64,000 nucleotides of DNA from a virus. Lineage: Duplodnaviria > Caudoviricetes. This document shows, one piece after another, positions 35,779-45,219 of the stretch. The stretch is from positions 17,083 through 81,082 of IMG/VR virus record IMGVR_UViG_3300020045_001640. One strand, 5' to 3'. Made by a program: the position numbers and the translations under genes. Every line of letters begins with the position of its first letter. Within the stretch, counting starts at the first letter, position 1. Below the pieces are notes generated by a model. That model was not told the DNA's origin. It did not search any database and worked only from the letters and a program-made list of their open reading frames with translations.

Positions 35779-38307
35779 TTAGTTTGCCCCCGCGCCGACG
35801 ACGACCTTGTAGCAGTTCACGTTATTGGTGACGAAATTAGTGTCATCAATGCCGACATGGCTTTTCACGACCGTTGCCTGCAAAATCGCCACCTTGCGAG
35901 TCGTGGTGCCGCCGTAGTGATTGATATCGCTGTTGAAGTCGAACCAATTTCCATCGGTATTGTGTTCCGTGCTGTAGCAGCCAATTGCCAGCGCGTGATT
36001 GCCATTGATCGCAATCGAGTTCTTCGAGCACTCGACCAGCAAGTGCCCGATGTACGAACCGTGCATCGCCGCTGGCAGGTTGATAGCGTTGACGCAGCCC
36101 AGCGCGATGATCGACTTCGCGCACGTATGTTCACCGAACACCACGCCGTCCGTGTAGCCAGCAACCAGAATCGTTCCGATGTTGAATTGCGCATGGTTGT
36201 TGATCGGAGGAATATGTACACCCTTGCTGTTGACCGCGCTAGGATTCGGGCAGCTAATGATCGGCATGTTTACGTCAACCCGAATATTATCCAGCTCCAC
36301 GATCTGGCTGAAATAATCCAGACCCAGTGCGCTCATCGGGTTGGCACCGCTATCGACCTTGGTGCGGAAGCCCATATTGCGGAAACCTATGTTCGTATAG
36401 TTCCAGCGCATGCCGCTCGGGTCAGATGCGGAGCCAATCTCGCCGCGCAGGAGATACGACCCGGCATTCCCGACGATGGTAGACTCGAAAATGGTCCCAT
36501 TGGTCGTGACAGGCATCGACAGCAGCCCCTGCATTTCAAGATTCGGGGGCGCGGCACCTTCAAACATAATCGTCCGGTTCGGTGCCGTCGAGAGTGTGTT
36601 GGGGATATACAGTTGTGCGTTACTGACACCACGCGCACCCGCGATCTTGAACCTGCCGTCAGGGCATTTGATGCGTGAAATGTTCTTGTCGTAAGCCTTG
36701 ATGATTGCCGCCTGAATGCCAGCGGTCGAATCGGCGGTAAAGGTAGGGTCAACATCGAAGTCCCTCAAGTCGATGTAATCCTTGACAGCGAAGGCGGCAA
36801 CGGCACGCGCAGGCACCGTGCAGAATACATTCTTCGCGCCGGTCGAGAATGACACCTTGGCACCCGCGCTGCTGCTGCTGAACACTACGTCGCGCGAGAG
36901 CGTGGTTGCAGTTAAGAGGGTTCCTTCACCGGATTCCCACTCAGAACCAATCGCATTTTCGATGCAATAAGGAATCTTCTTTGTACCAGTCGCATAGGCG
37001 CTGGCGAAGGTGCGGACCGAAGCGTTTGAAAGCGTCATTGTCCCTATCCCCTCGGTTGTCGTGGTGTCCTTCACGCGATCCGCGAACTGTAGTGACCTTT
37101 CAGATGAATAGGTCTGTGGCACCGCAGCAGTAGTGGTCAGTGTGGCCGACAGATGTGTAGATCGGTTTGCCGCCTCGTCAAAGGCGCGAACGCGGACGGG
37201 GTAGCTCGTGGATGCGGTCAGCCCCGTCACTGTGATCGTCAGCACATTTCCGGCGCTGGTATAGGTCGATCCATCGTTCAGGCTGTATTCATACCCTGTC
37301 ACGGCAACATCATCGGAAGCTGTCGGCCACGTAAGAACCCCGCTGCCGCTAGTCTGGCCGGATACCGTTACCGTTCCAGTGAACGTAGGGGCGGTGATAT
37401 CGGCGCCCGATGCCGGCGTCACGCTGTTCGATGCTGCCGATGCGGCGCTGGCGCCGATTGCATTGGTCGCCGTCACGCTGAAAGTGTAAGGCGTCCCGTT
37501 CGTCAATCCGGCCACGGCAATCGGGCTGCTTGCGCCCGTGCCAGTCAGCGCGCCCGGTGACGATGTTGCGGTATAGCCCGTAATCGCGCTGCCGCCGTCC
37601 GACGATGGCGCCGTAAATGTGACGGTTGCCGCGCCGTTGCCAGCGGTCGCCGTGCCGATTACAGGAGCGCCGGGGGCGGTGGCCGCGTCAACCGCATCAC
37701 CGGCTGAAAAGCTTCCGATAAAGTGCTGCGTTGCTACAGCGTTGGTTTTGAACCAGACGCCGGGATAACCGGCTGCTACGACGCGTGATGCTGAAGTGTC
37801 ATCTGCTGTTGCAACAGTCACCCCATTGACTTTAAGGGCAAGCGTAACCGTAGCGCCGGAGCCGACCACGGTTAGCTCGCACGAATAGTACGTTGCTGTT
37901 GTTAGTGTGTAGGTGGAGGATGCCGCGAGCAACGTGGTCGCCAAGGCAGCGCCAAGGCGGTACAACTCCCATTTGCTTGTGGTTTGCTGGTACACCGCCA
38001 TATAGCCGGCGTTTCCTGCTGCGTTCAGGCGCGCAGCAGCACCGATGGACGAAAGTGCTGCGATGGAGTCTACATACTGCGTCCAGCTAATCTTTACGTC
38101 TGCTGCCGGCGCAATTGTTGATGCTTTCCACAGTTGCGATGCGCCAGACCCGGAACATATCACGCCGCCGTGCGCTGTGTACACTCCAGGAGAGGTGGCA
38201 TTTCCACCCCAAACGGCCCAAGTGCCGCCACTATCGGAGGTGTGCGACGTGAGCAGTGTGTTGTTGACCGCTTCTGTAAAGGTATCGTTGAAAAACGTAG
38301 TCATCAT
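35779..38307 (-). CDS. mosaic fibre/spike: beta-sandwich + 2x Fn3 + DRVKDTT fibre domain + pectin-lyase-like beta-helix
   Basis: APGAPVIGTATAGNG and TWPTASDDVAVTGYEY (Fn3); DFDVDPT..ADSTAGIQAAI...PDGRFKI (tailspike helix start). Confidence 0.75.
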   Translation of the reverse strand: MMTTFFNDTFTEAVNNTLLTSHTSDSGGTWAVWGGNATSPGVYTAHGGVICSGSGASQLWKASTIAPAADVKISWTQYVDSIAALSSIGAAARLNAAGNAGYMAVYQQTTSKWELYRLGAALATTLLAASSTYTLTTATYYSCELTVVGSGATVTLALKVNGVTVATADDTSASRVVAAGYPGVWFKTNAVATQHFIGSFSAGDAVDAATAPGAPVIGTATAGNGAATVTFTAPSSDGGSAITGYTATSSPGALTGTGASSPIAVAGLTNGTPYTFSVTATNAIGASAASAASNSVTPASGADITAPTFTGTVTVSGQTSGSGVLTWPTASDDVAVTGYEYSLNDGSTYTSAGNVLTITVTGLTASTSYPVRVRAFDEAANRSTHLSATLTTTAAVPQTYSSERSLQFADRVKDTTTTEGIGTMTLSNASVRTFASAYATGTKKIPYCIENAIGSEWESGEGTLLTATTLSRDVVFSSSSAGAKVSFSTGAKNVFCTVPARAVAAFAVKDYIDLRDFDVDPTFTADSTAGIQAAIIKAYDKNISRIKCPDGRFKIAGARGVSNAQLYIPNTLSTAPNRTIMFEGAAPPNLEMQGLLSMPVTTNGTIFESTIVGNAGSYLLRGEIGSASDPSGMRWNYTNIGFRNMGFRTKVDSGANPMSALGLDYFSQIVELDNIRVDVNMPIISCPNPSAVNSKGVHIPPINNHAQFNIGTILVAGYTDGVVFGEHTCAKSIIALGCVNAINLPAAMHGSYIGHLLVECSKNSIAINGNHALAIGCYSTEHNTDGNWFDFNSDINHYGGTTTRKVAILQATVVKSHVGIDDTNFVTNNVNCYKVVVGAGAN

Positions 38308-38341
38308 GCCCCTCGGCTATTCGTGTGTGTGGACAACTTGC

Positions 38342-38836
38342 TTAAGCGGTTGTATTGCCAGTTGCGCGCAGGGTAAAGCCATCGGCAAATGCCGTAGCCC
38401 CTGCAAGGGTAGTGCGGCGCAGCCACACGGAACGGCCTTGACCGGCAGGAATGTCGCCCAAAGCCACGCCAGCACCTTGAGTTGCGGCAGAGGCAAAGGT
38501 GACCCCAGCCGGTGCAGCATTTTCATCTACAACGGTCTGTTCAGTTGCATTGATGGCAGCGGTGCCGACACCCACATCGACGGAGGTGGATACCGATGGG
38601 GTGTCGGCCGGGAGCCACAAGACTGCGCCAGTGAGGGTCAAGGTTGCATGGGCGTTATGCACGTAGATGCAGCGATACTCAACGTCTCCAGCGGTTGATT
38701 CGGCGGAGCTAACATCATCAAAGATGGACGCAGAAGCAGCAGTGCTAGACTTAGCCCCACCAAGGGATGCTGCTTGTACAGCATTGGATGCACCACCAGA
38801 GAGGCGGAAAATGATGTCAGTAGTGAGGATTGCCAT
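38342..38836 (-). CDS. putative virion structural protein
   Basis: AAGGA RBS; LSGG.SN...SLGG, YRCIYVHN. Confidence 0.65.
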   Translation of the reverse strand: MAILTTDIIFRLSGGASNAVQAASLGGAKSSTAASASIFDDVSSAESTAGDVEYRCIYVHNAHATLTLTGAVLWLPADTPSVSTSVDVGVGTAAINATEQTVVDENAAPAGVTFASAATQGAGVALGDIPAGQGRSVWLRRTTLAGATAFADGFTLRATGNTTA

Positions 38837-38848
38837 TTGTGTATTTCC

Positions 38849-39028
38849 TTATTGTTTAGTTCGTTCGATTAACATTTGAATCAAGTCTTCATCAGACTCA
38901 CAACTATTTATTTGTTCTCTGTCTAGTGCCACATTCTTCTTATTTACTGTTACAATAAGGAAGATTTCTCCATTGTCCTCTTTAGCCCATTCACGGATAT
39001 CTAGTAATATTGTTTGTAGTAATGTCAT
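38849..39028 (-). CDS. hypothetical protein
   Basis: Short ORF in the operon. Confidence 0.5.
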   Translation of the reverse strand: MTLLQTILLDIREWAKEDNGEIFLIVTVNKKNVALDREQINSCESDEDLIQMLIERTKQ

Positions 39029-39029
39029 A

Positions 39030-39428
39030 CTAACGCCTAAGCATGAAGTTGTAGACAATGGCAGAAGCACCGTTAGGGTTCAATTCTGTCATTGCCACAA
39101 CTGTATAGGTGACACTCCCTACAACAATCTTGTCAGTTCCTGGTGTAATGACTAGAGGTGTCTCGTAAGAGTCTTCTCGTTCAGGTGGAAGGATATAAGC
39201 CTCCTTATCACCCTGTGACACTAGGCTTCCGAACTTTGTAGAGAAGCCTGAAGAGTTACGTATCAAGTCAAGCATAATGGCTTGGCAAGGCGTCTCTACA
39301 GTTGTTGGTACGTATTCACCAGAGGAGTAGTTCTGAGTGCCACCAGTAGTTTGTACGTATGTTACAGTTAGGGGATCGTCCCTGAAGAACTCTAGGATTG
39401 ATCCTCCGAAGTCGTCCCATGCGCTCAT
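39030..39428 (-). CDS. head closure / head-tail joining protein
   Basis: Position; TAATG overlap; Y..GE...LV..GDK pattern. Confidence 0.65.
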   Translation of the reverse strand: MSAWDDFGGSILEFFRDDPLTVTYVQTTGGTQNYSSGEYVPTTVETPCQAIMLDLIRNSSGFSTKFGSLVSQGDKEAYILPPEREDSYETPLVITPGTDKIVVGSVTYTVVAMTELNPNGASAIVYNFMLRR

Positions 39429-39868
39429 TAGAAGCCCCAACCAGTGCGTGAGTTATCATTAGGGGAGGTGTCTGCCATGCGTGCTAGGGATTGACTCTCT
39501 GTGCCATTTGTATAAGCAGCATTCCAGTTTGCTTGGAAGTCAAGGATTGGGGAAAAGTCTGCTGTAGCTGCGTATGGTAGAGGGCTAACATCCATGAAGG
39601 CTGGATTTGTGTAAGCCAACAACAAGAAGGCACGATAGGCTGTTGCCGCATCGCTCCCATATACTTCAAGCTGGTTCATACGCCTACGAGTCTTGTGTGA
39701 GAGCATCCCCAACACATACATTGCACAACTCTTAGCAGCCTTTGGGAGATTACCTCCACAGTCGTCTAGTGTTGCTTGGATTACGCTATCAGCTAGGTAA
39801 GGGATGTCACTAACGTCTGCAATTCTCAAACGGATACGACCGATATCTGAGGTGGGATCAATTACCAT
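39428..39868 (-). CDS. head-tail adaptor protein
   Basis: IGRIRLRIADV...LADS pattern; downstream of the MCP. Confidence 0.7.
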   Translation of the reverse strand: MVIDPTSDIGRIRLRIADVSDIPYLADSVIQATLDDCGGNLPKAAKSCAMYVLGMLSHKTRRRMNQLEVYGSDAATAYRAFLLLAYTNPAFMDVSPLPYAATADFSPILDFQANWNAAYTNGTESQSLARMADTSPNDNSRTGWGF

Positions 39869-39944
39869 TGAGTTTCCTTTATATTCTATTTATGTACTCG
39901 GAGGAATACATAAGTGGAATAGGCCCGCGTTAGCGGGCCGTAGT

Positions 39945-40670
39945 CTAAGCGTAGCCTCTTAGAATCTCTTGATGTACAAACTTCTTAAAGTCGTCTAGAT
40001 TGACGTTGATGAAACACTCAGAGTATCCGTCGAACTTTGCGTCAGGTTGTACATGAGTTTTTCTCAAGGCTCTCAAGACTCTTTGCTCAATTTCATGAGC
40101 TTCTTTGCCGTTGTAGAACAGCCAGTCTGCCACTACTGCAAAATCCTCACCAGAGCTTTTAGAGATGGATTTGGCACGATCTTTAGGCTTACGATTTGTG
40201 ATACCTACCTTAACTATGCTGTCGCTTGCGAGAACGTATAAATGGCCCTCTTTACCCGAGTTGTAGCCAGTCTTGGCGCAACAAGGACAACCTGCTCCAC
40301 CCAAGTGGGCATTAGGGGTTTGATTGAAAGTGGTCTGGCAAGTGTTACAACTGATTCTAACTTTACACATTGCACGCTCGTAGACAACATCAGAGTAGTT
40401 GTAGGCAACTCCATTCAAATCTTCTGCTGCCTTACAGAAGCTTGCTGTATCACCAGCCAGCTTGTTCACTGTGCGACTTGTGCCACACTTCTTGCAACCA
40501 CCCATACTAAAATGCGAATTAGGAGTCTGTTCAAACATGCCGTGTACAGGGCAGATAATCTTTAATTTAGTCTTTGCATCTACGTATAGCGACAGACTAT
40601 AATCATAGAAGTTGTTATACTTCTTAGAACCTTTAATCTCGAAACCCTCTTGTGTCAGCTTCTTAGGCAC
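39945..40670 (-). CDS. DUF723/CapR-like repeats (x2) + T5orf172-like nuclease
   Basis: KVGITNR...FDGYSECF; AAGGAG RBS and GTG start. Confidence 0.8.
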   Translation of the reverse strand: MPKKLTQEGFEIKGSKKYNNFYDYSLSLYVDAKTKLKIICPVHGMFEQTPNSHFSMGGCKKCGTSRTVNKLAGDTASFCKAAEDLNGVAYNYSDVVYERAMCKVRISCNTCQTTFNQTPNAHLGGAGCPCCAKTGYNSGKEGHLYVLASDSIVKVGITNRKPKDRAKSISKSSGEDFAVVADWLFYNGKEAHEIEQRVLRALRKTHVQPDAKFDGYSECFINVNLDDFKKFVHQEILRGYA

Positions 40671-40686
40671 TGAATCTCCTTATTAG

Positions 40687-40726
40687 TGTAGCCACCAAGT
40701 ATAACACCGAGTAGCTACAATGTAAA
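40687..40726 (-). promoter_or_regulatory. promoter of the nuclease gene with a 9-bp inverted repeat around the -10
   Basis: TTTACA-17bp-TATACT; TGTAGCTAC...GTGGCTACA. Confidence 0.6.
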
Positions 40727-40728
40727 GA

Positions 40729-40756
40729 GACTAGCCGGTAGTTACCCGGCAAAGTC
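40729..40756 (-). terminator. hairpin after the major capsid gene (putative terminator)
   Basis: GACTTTGCCGG-GTAACTA-CCGGCTAGTC then TCTTT. Confidence 0.55.
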
Positions 40757-40768
40757 TTCTTAACTTAC

Positions 40769-41803
40769 TTAGTTGGACGAGAACACACGAACCACAGCTT
40801 GAGGGCGCAGGAGGGCGCTGATGCTATTGCACTCCGTCTCAATCGTGATCTTCGTGCCGTTCGATTCAGCTTGCTCAAAGGCGTACATCTTCTCGCCTTG
40901 AGTGTTGACCAGACCAAAGCGTTCTGCTGGAGCGAAGTAGGTGCGGAACATGTCCGAACCCGTAGGAACTGCAACACCTTCCGAAGCAGTAACAATCTTC
41001 GTGCCGTTGTAGCTATCACGAACTTCACGGAAAGTGACGCCACCGAAGTAGAACTCACGACCCATTGGCAGTGGCGAACCGTTAGCAGCCAAGCGACCAC
41101 GCATTGGATCAGTACCTTGTTGCAGGTTCTGTGCGTATGTGTATGCCGCTTTTACTGCCGCGTGTTGAATCAGTTTCTGGAACAGTGCCGTATCGCAAGG
41201 GATAACAATACCGTTGAATACACCGTTACCCCCCATACCGTTTTGCACAGCAACGATGATGTCTTCAATCTTAGCCAAAACCTCAGTGGTGGATGTGCCC
41301 AACACCAGATCGACCTCTGGACGAGTCACATTGAACTCCGTGTTCCAGTTTTGTACGACAGTACCGTTTGGGGCGTAGACAGTTGCCGAGAACAGTGCTT
41401 GAGCGCGAGCTTTGTTAAGCGTCCAATCGTGATTCTGGCGCAGACGGATCAGCTTGCGTTGACGCACTGCATCCAGTTGCTCAACTTCGTTGAAGTTGTC
41501 ATAGGCCGACTTTGCAACCAAGTCTTTTGGCGAAATGAAGTCGTCCAAAGGGAAATGTGGCACTGCAAAAGTGTGCAGCTTGCGGCTACCCTCTTTGCTA
41601 ACAGTGTTCTTCTCACCGCGAACACGGTCAACGATCAGAGCACCGTCTTGCGTGGTTTCTTCAAACATCACCGAGTCACTGGCAACGCCTTCTTCAGAGA
41701 AGATACCCATTTGATTGAAAGTACCCCATTGGATAGGGATGTTACGTACAGCCGATGTCAGATCAACTACATCGAAGTTATTACTTGGGCTACGAATAAG
41801 CAT
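40769..41803 (-). CDS. major capsid protein (lambda gpE-like family)
   Basis: 344 aa between decoration and adaptor genes; FAVPHFPLDD, YFAPAE. Confidence 0.9.
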   Translation of the reverse strand: MLIRSPSNNFDVVDLTSAVRNIPIQWGTFNQMGIFSEEGVASDSVMFEETTQDGALIVDRVRGEKNTVSKEGSRKLHTFAVPHFPLDDFISPKDLVAKSAYDNFNEVEQLDAVRQRKLIRLRQNHDWTLNKARAQALFSATVYAPNGTVVQNWNTEFNVTRPEVDLVLGTSTTEVLAKIEDIIVAVQNGMGGNGVFNGIVIPCDTALFQKLIQHAAVKAAYTYAQNLQQGTDPMRGRLAANGSPLPMGREFYFGGVTFREVRDSYNGTKIVTASEGVAVPTGSDMFRTYFAPAERFGLVNTQGEKMYAFEQAESNGTKITIETECNSISALLRPQAVVRVFSSN

Positions 41804-41818
41804 TGTATTTCCTTAAAA

Positions 41819-42235
41819 TTAGATAGTGGTCAGAACGTCGATACCGGCAGCAGCCAGTTGACCTTGTGCGGTAGTCGTCAGAGCACCGGCAGTAATCGAA
41901 GCGCCATACGTCAGGGACGTATCAGCAACACCGACAGGGCCACGGTAGATAACCAAGAACTTAGTGTCCGTGGTAGCAGCCATAACGGTCGAGTTAGGCT
42001 TGCCAGTAGCATCACCAACAACTACGACAGCAGCAACTTGCGAGCCATCAACAGCCGAAGTTTCCACAACTTTGTACTTACCAGTGGCAGTCACCAGACC
42101 GAGAACCGTGCCGATTGGCAGAGTAGCGGCAGGGCCATTGACAGTAACCATCTTCTTGCAGAAGCCCTTTTCGGCCCACAGTTCGTACTTGACTACGTTA
42201 GAGTAGTGCTGGGTTTCTGTAGCGATAACAGTCAT
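41819..42235 (-). CDS. head decoration protein
   Basis: LPIGTVLG...TGKY...DGSQVAA motif. Confidence 0.85.
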   Translation of the reverse strand: MTVIATETQHYSNVVKYELWAEKGFCKKMVTVNGPAATLPIGTVLGLVTATGKYKVVETSAVDGSQVAAVVVVGDATGKPNSTVMAATTDTKFLVIYRGPVGVADTSLTYGASITAGALTTTAQGQLAAAGIDVLTTI

Positions 42236-42246
42236 TTTATTTCCTT

Positions 42247-42765
42247 TTATTTAACGTTAAATTGTGCGGCAAGCGATGCTGCCAGTTTTTGTACAGCGTC
42301 TTGCTCTACAGGTGCTACTTCAGCCGATACACCAGCCTCTTTAAACATTGCGCTATTAGCCTCAGCTTCATAACTAGCAGCATACGTACCAAGAACTGTC
42401 TCGAATGTTGCGTCATCAAGGTTTTCCAGAGCAGCGGCTACGCCGGGAGCTTTAGTCGTGCCCATGATTGCTTCCAGCTTCTCTTGACGAGTTGCTAGCA
42501 CTTTAGCTTTAGCAGTTGCTTGCAAAGCAGCCTTATCAGCTTCAATTGCGGAGAGTTGAGATTGTGCTTCGGCATACTTTGTAGTAAGCTCTGCGAGTTG
42601 CGCTTCAACAGCACTAAAGGCTTCAGTTTGGGAAGCCATTTGAGCTACCAATGCCGAAAACTCTGCTGTGTTAGGGACAGCAAGCGTTTCGGCCTGCTCT
42701 TGTGGTTCTACCATCGTTACTACCTCTTGTGGTGCGTTGAAAAATCGTTGCAAGCTCTTAAGCAT
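42247..42765 (-). CDS. capsid scaffolding protein
   Basis: Ala/Glu coiled coil between the protease and decoration genes; AAGGA RBS. Confidence 0.7.
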   Translation of the reverse strand: MLKSLQRFFNAPQEVVTMVEPQEQAETLAVPNTAEFSALVAQMASQTEAFSAVEAQLAELTTKYAEAQSQLSAIEADKAALQATAKAKVLATRQEKLEAIMGTTKAPGVAAALENLDDATFETVLGTYAASYEAEANSAMFKEAGVSAEVAPVEQDAVQKLAASLAAQFNVK

Positions 42766-43600
42766 GTTTCTTTCCTTTACCCATCTCAGCCAAATGTTTG
42801 GCGAATTGTTTGTGATCTTGAATACTGTTGACCAGCCCTGCTTCAAGTGCAGCCTCTGCGTGGTACATCTTTGCATTCATAGCGAGGATGTCTTCAACAG
42901 GAAGTCCTGTATATTTACTGACATGCTCTGCGAATTGCGCACCAAGCCTTGTAACGTCTGCTTGAATACCTTCTAAGAAGTCCTTGGAAAATGCACCACT
43001 AGCTTCAAAAGGAGTCTTACCTTCTGAGCTTGCTATATAGATTGGCTTCAAACCAGCATTATCTAGTGCTTTGCTTTGATCCATCAGGCATACAACGCAA
43101 CCTATGCTGCCAGTAGAAGCACTAGGGTGAATAACTACCTCGTCGGCTGCAATACCAATTGCAAGTGAAGCGGAAGCGGAATAAGTGTCAATGTAAGATA
43201 CCCACGTAACACCTGCTTCGTCACACATCTCTCGCAGATCGGATGCTGTTGCAAAACAATGTGCTGCCTCACCACCACCACTAGAATGTACTGTAACGAG
43301 TGTGGAGATTCCTTCGTCAATAAGCATCTGAGCTTGCTCTAGGATGCCTTTGTAGCTTGTACCAACGTCGCCACAGATGCCGTCAACGGGTTGGTAAGTA
43401 AGAGCACCATCAATCTTAATCTCGCCAATACTGCCCATCTTCGTAGGCTTTACAGCCTCTTTAGAGCCAGCCACAACTGTGCTTGACAGTTGTGTATTAC
43501 GGTTGTGGAGATAATCTAAGATTGGTGACAGCGCTTCTTGTGTGATAAGGTGAGGGACTGAATACAGCCGTGATGTGAAGCGTAGTAGGTTATGTGCCAT
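42758..43600 (-). CDS. prohead protease (S49/SppA family)
   Basis: HSSGGGEA, SASASLA, TGSIG. Confidence 0.9.
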   Translation of the reverse strand: MAHNLLRFTSRLYSVPHLITQEALSPILDYLHNRNTQLSSTVVAGSKEAVKPTKMGSIGEIKIDGALTYQPVDGICGDVGTSYKGILEQAQMLIDEGISTLVTVHSSGGGEAAHCFATASDLREMCDEAGVTWVSYIDTYSASASLAIGIAADEVVIHPSASTGSIGCVVCLMDQSKALDNAGLKPIYIASSEGKTPFEASGAFSKDFLEGIQADVTRLGAQFAEHVSKYTGLPVEDILAMNAKMYHAEAALEAGLVNSIQDHKQFAKHLAEMGKGKKHA

Positions 43601-43608
43601 GTGTTCCT

Positions 43609-45132
43609 TTATGCTGTGTTGTCCGCGTTTCGCGCACTATTATCTTGACCACCGGGCTTTTTAGCAGTACCATCACCTGTAACGCCTACTGCCATACCTT
43701 CACCAGCACTAGAAGATTTACCGGCAAGCGTTGTGGACAGATTATCTTGGTCAATCGGATCATCTTCAGGTTTCAACTCAAAGCCACCAACTTCACGAAT
43801 CTTGTTCATGACGCCACGATCCATTTCCAGACCACCAACAGACATGACACGCTGAATGTATTTTGAGAATTCTTCCAAGCTGACAGAACTAACGTCCTTA
43901 AACTTTATCTTCGGAAGTCGTTCAGTATTCCAGCCATTCAAGCGCCACAAAAGTGGAACCAATTCTTGATTGAGGGTACTGGCAATCTCAGACAAGCGAT
44001 AAGCCACTTGCAAAGCCAACAGGTTTGTGCCAGAGTCTTGCAATGACAAAGAACCACCGTCTGTACCCATTGAGATTGAATCACAAGAGAGTACGCTGAG
44101 AATATTTGCTTGGAGCATTTTGACAATAGCTGGCAAGTCGTATGCTTTACCTTGCTTTTGTTCCAATAAAGAGAAATGGAATAAGTCTTGCTTCGTATTT
44201 TCATCAACCATCTTGGGGAAGATGATACCGCGAGAAGTGCCGTCTGCTACACTGTTCAGAATTGTCTGAGTAGCTGTGTAAACTGCTTTGTCCTCTGGGC
44301 TTGCATTAGAATCGAGATATCTAGGGGGCAACTGAGCAAAAGGAATTCCAGAGGTGTCCTTAGCCACGCCCATCATCATATGTTCGTTCAGAAGCGTTAG
44401 CATCTTGTGTGCGAGATACGCAGAACGAAGAATACTTGTACCTTCTGGATTGTCATTTGCGGGGTCACAACGGAACAAGACGAACTTATCACGAGGAATA
44501 ACGATCAAGCCGTTCTCGTCTGTCAGGTTCTTAAAGCGATAGTTGTTCTCTACATTTACGATTGATTGCGAGATACTTACAAGTGTTCTACCATCCTCAC
44601 TAAAGTTCCACTTGGCAATAGAGTTCTGAGGACGATTCTTAAGTCCTACCAAACCGATCAGGCCGTCATTCCACTTGGAGCCGTTCTTTGTGAGACGACG
44701 ACGAAACACCATCTCGTGAACACTATGACCATATTCTTTGTATGTGCTGATAGACTGCATCGTGGCTTGCCATGAGTTATCCATGTCAGCTAGTACAGAT
44801 GTCAAGTAGTCTCTGCGGGATTTCTCTGTCTCAGTCTCACCGTTGACAGGTTCTACGTACACATCAGCGCGGTTCATCAGAACGTTAATTGCTTGCAGGC
44901 CAATTGCCACTGGAGGTGAGTACTTCATCTCCGCAACAACTTTAAGCATGTTCGGGTAGGTGAAAGCAGAGTTGGACTCTTCAAGCATCTTACCAGAGCG
45001 TGTCTTCAGTACTGCAAAGCCCACCTCCCCAAGCCGCATACGCGGGACACTTGTGCCTTCGTCTGGTGCAGTATTATCAACAGGAGCGTTCGCTTGCGAA
45101 GCACCTTCCGGCGCAGTCTTTTTCCTTGCCAT
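43609..45132 (-). CDS. portal protein
   Basis: 507 aa after TerL; RLGEVG, NPEGTSILR, LNQELVPLL..LNG. Confidence 0.9.
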   Translation of the reverse strand: MARKKTAPEGASQANAPVDNTAPDEGTSVPRMRLGEVGFAVLKTRSGKMLEESNSAFTYPNMLKVVAEMKYSPPVAIGLQAINVLMNRADVYVEPVNGETETEKSRRDYLTSVLADMDNSWQATMQSISTYKEYGHSVHEMVFRRRLTKNGSKWNDGLIGLVGLKNRPQNSIAKWNFSEDGRTLVSISQSIVNVENNYRFKNLTDENGLIVIPRDKFVLFRCDPANDNPEGTSILRSAYLAHKMLTLLNEHMMMGVAKDTSGIPFAQLPPRYLDSNASPEDKAVYTATQTILNSVADGTSRGIIFPKMVDENTKQDLFHFSLLEQKQGKAYDLPAIVKMLQANILSVLSCDSISMGTDGGSLSLQDSGTNLLALQVAYRLSEIASTLNQELVPLLWRLNGWNTERLPKIKFKDVSSVSLEEFSKYIQRVMSVGGLEMDRGVMNKIREVGGFELKPEDDPIDQDNLSTTLAGKSSSAGEGMAVGVTGDGTAKKPGGQDNSARNADNTA

Positions 45133-45171
45133 AAAGGGCTTCCTTGTGTTAGAATGCCTTGAGGCATAATT

Positions 45172-45211
45172 TAATGTTGCGCATTATAACCTACTGATGG
45201 TTGTTTGTCAA
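45172..45211 (-). promoter_or_regulatory. consensus promoter of the portal operon
   Basis: TTGACA-17bp-TATAAT then GCGCAACATTA. Confidence 0.8.
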
Positions 45212-45219
45212 TAGGCTAT

